Shown piece by piece: positions 61,951-64,000 of a DNA stretch of 64,000 bases (position 1 is the stretch's first letter; each line of letters begins with the position of its first letter). Origin of the DNA: Macrostomum lignano. Taxonomy: Eukaryota. The translations under genes were made by a program, and so were the position numbers. The notes under the pieces were generated by a model, which ran no database searches, was not told the DNA's origin, and worked only from the letters and a program-made list of their open reading frames with translations. The stretch is from positions 3,487 through 67,486 of the forward strand of contig NIVC01003962.1 of assembly GCA_002269645.1 (NCBI GenBank), in the 5' to 3' direction.

Positions 61951-64000
61951 TTACTCGAACTACAATTACTACTTTTAGAGACTGTGTTTAACACTTCCAA
62001 AGCCTGTTTTGGCCCTTCTAAAGCCTAAACAAAGCCTCTGTTTCAAAACCGAATATTTAAGTCTACTTGTGCAGAGGCACTGCCGTTCATAGCATGCTAA
62101 TCTTCACTGCCCGCTGCCATGCGGACAGAATGCCAAATAAAACTTTGTTTGGATCACTCAGAGTTTGCTGACTGCTTCAGAGTCATACAGGTTTTTTATT
62201 CGAAACGATATCGATCCCCATTCGTTCGAGGATTCCTTCTCTGCAGCAGAAGCAGAGAGGCGGAGGCAGTAGCTGAATGGAGAGAAAAAACAGACATAAC
62301 TAACGTTATAAGAATCACTCTGTAGAGCCTTCGACTCTGCCAAATAAAAAATAAATTTCAGTTTTGAGCTGCACACACAAGTGAGTCCCGCGAGCGCGTA
62401 ACTACCCATAGCTAATTTAGGAAGTTAAGCATACTGTCTTAACAACTGAGACTGGCTCTGCAGGCAATGCTCTGCTTCTAGAAGGAGCCGGACAGAAGTC
62501 TGCTGGTAGCAGCTCGGGGAATGGAATTGCTACGGCCATAGAGGGAGACGTGAAACGCCAAGCTTACGCTTTTTCTAGATCGATTGAAGCTCAGGAGGGG
62601 TGAGGCGGTCGCGCAGTCGCCATATTTCCATAGTTGGTCAGGAAACGCAACCAGACCACCAGGGCTGCGGCCAACCAACCCCACCCTCCTGAAGCCAGCA
62701 AGTTGCTTACAACGGCAACTTTGAAAATTTAGCTGCCTTCGCTTTCCGTCCACCCGCCTCTCTGCCGCCTCCTCTCCGTTTTGAAGGAGGCGCCTGGGCT
62801 GGTGGCGCTCTCTAGCTGCGACTTCCGTCAGAGAGGGAGATCGAACTCAGCGCCACAATCCGATCGTGGGGGCGGGCTTTGAGAAGCTTCGAGAAATCGA
62901 TAGCGCCTCTTCTAGGCGTTTGGGGGAATGGAAGGAGAGGCTATTGATTTTCTTCATTCAGCAATGGCCACCGCGTAGACTGCGCTTGCCCAGCAACAAT
63001 AGACAGCCTTCCTCTGCATGGGCTCCCAGTGGAGGAGACGGTATGCATATTTCGTTGGCGACTTCGAACCGAAGGGTTTATTGTAATGGCTTCCTCGACC
63101 CACAGTTTTTTCTTTCGAAGTGGACGAGAGGGAAGGGAGGCGGTTGGGGGTCTGCGATGAGCCGCCCCGGTAGATCTGGCGGGGTGGCCATTATCCGCCT
63201 GCCAGCAACTGTTATGCTGGTAGAGTTCCACGGTTGGCGAAGCTCAGATAGAGCCAGGTGCATTTTCTGACTCAACTGACGCTCGCCCCACACTCCCAAC
63301 TCCGCCCGCTCGCTACCAACTGCCGCTCGATTTTTCTCGCGTCAGCAAAGCTTAAGAAGCGCAACCGGGGAGCTGTTTTGCCTAGTCGCACTCCGCGAGC
63401 CCTTATTCCCGCCGCTCTTGCTGCTAGTAGTTTTATCCCCGCTCTAGGAGACCTCTGAACTGCGAACCGAGGCAAACGGATCCGGCGGAGAGGTTATCTT
63501 AGGCTCTTTAACTGGAAATTTGCTGCCTCTCACCTGGCGAGGAATCTATTAAAGAGCTCCTCACCGGTGCGAATATCGGATTATAAAATCCACTCCGTGT
63601 TTTTTTGTCCCCTCCCATCTACTTGCCCAGTTGGAACAACACAACAGGTTGTTGTTAACTGTTGTCGAAAGACGCCAACCGAGAGCAGCCATGCGCACAG
63701 CACTGTGGCTGCCGTTTGGTAGTCTGCGCCGCGTTGGCCCTGTCGGTGGAGGGCAAACCAAGCGACGCGGCCGTTTCGAGTAAGTGCTCAGCTCGATTTA
63801 TCCGTAGCGGCGATTCCAGTCAGTGATGCTCTGATATTGTGTAGCTTGTGTAGAATATACAAAATTATTATGCATAGGGAAATTCCCTGTGGTGGGCTTA
63901 TTGCTGAGAGCGACTCCCGGTGATGTGTTTGATGTACACGTCGCTTGGCAGCGAGGCTGTTTACTAAGTGTAGAAGCTAATTGATTTTTAGTGATTTTTC

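Overview
Eukaryotic, very probably invertebrate animal genomic DNA. Spliced GC-rich exons sit among AT-rich introns stuffed with tandem repeats; a flatworm such as Macrostomum is my inference, not something the sequence proves. Seven protein-coding genes were rebuilt by hand from GT-AG splice sites with consistent phases. On the minus strand are an intronless DEG/ENaC channel (runs off the left edge and is absent from the ORF track), JMJD4, a NUDT8-like Nudix hydrolase and RPE. On the plus strand are TBC1D25, a FAM78-family gene and an MFSD2-family transporter. Nearly every intron over about 400 bp carries its own mini- or microsatellite, the largest a ~10.7 kb 25-mer array, and most long ORFs in the track are artefacts of these arrays. 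Mobile DNA includes a tRNA-derived CORE-like SINE family, TIR elements and a decayed Ty3/Gypsy gag. I found no CRISPR array and no clear novel multi-gene system. The best leads are: a TIR- and 9-bp-TSD-bounded element carrying a 1.9 kb minisatellite; a SINE copy with strongly C>T/G>A-biased decay; intronic arrays built from branch-point and AG|GT motifs; a candidate extra TBC1D25 exon; and paired loss of two thumb disulfides in the channel.
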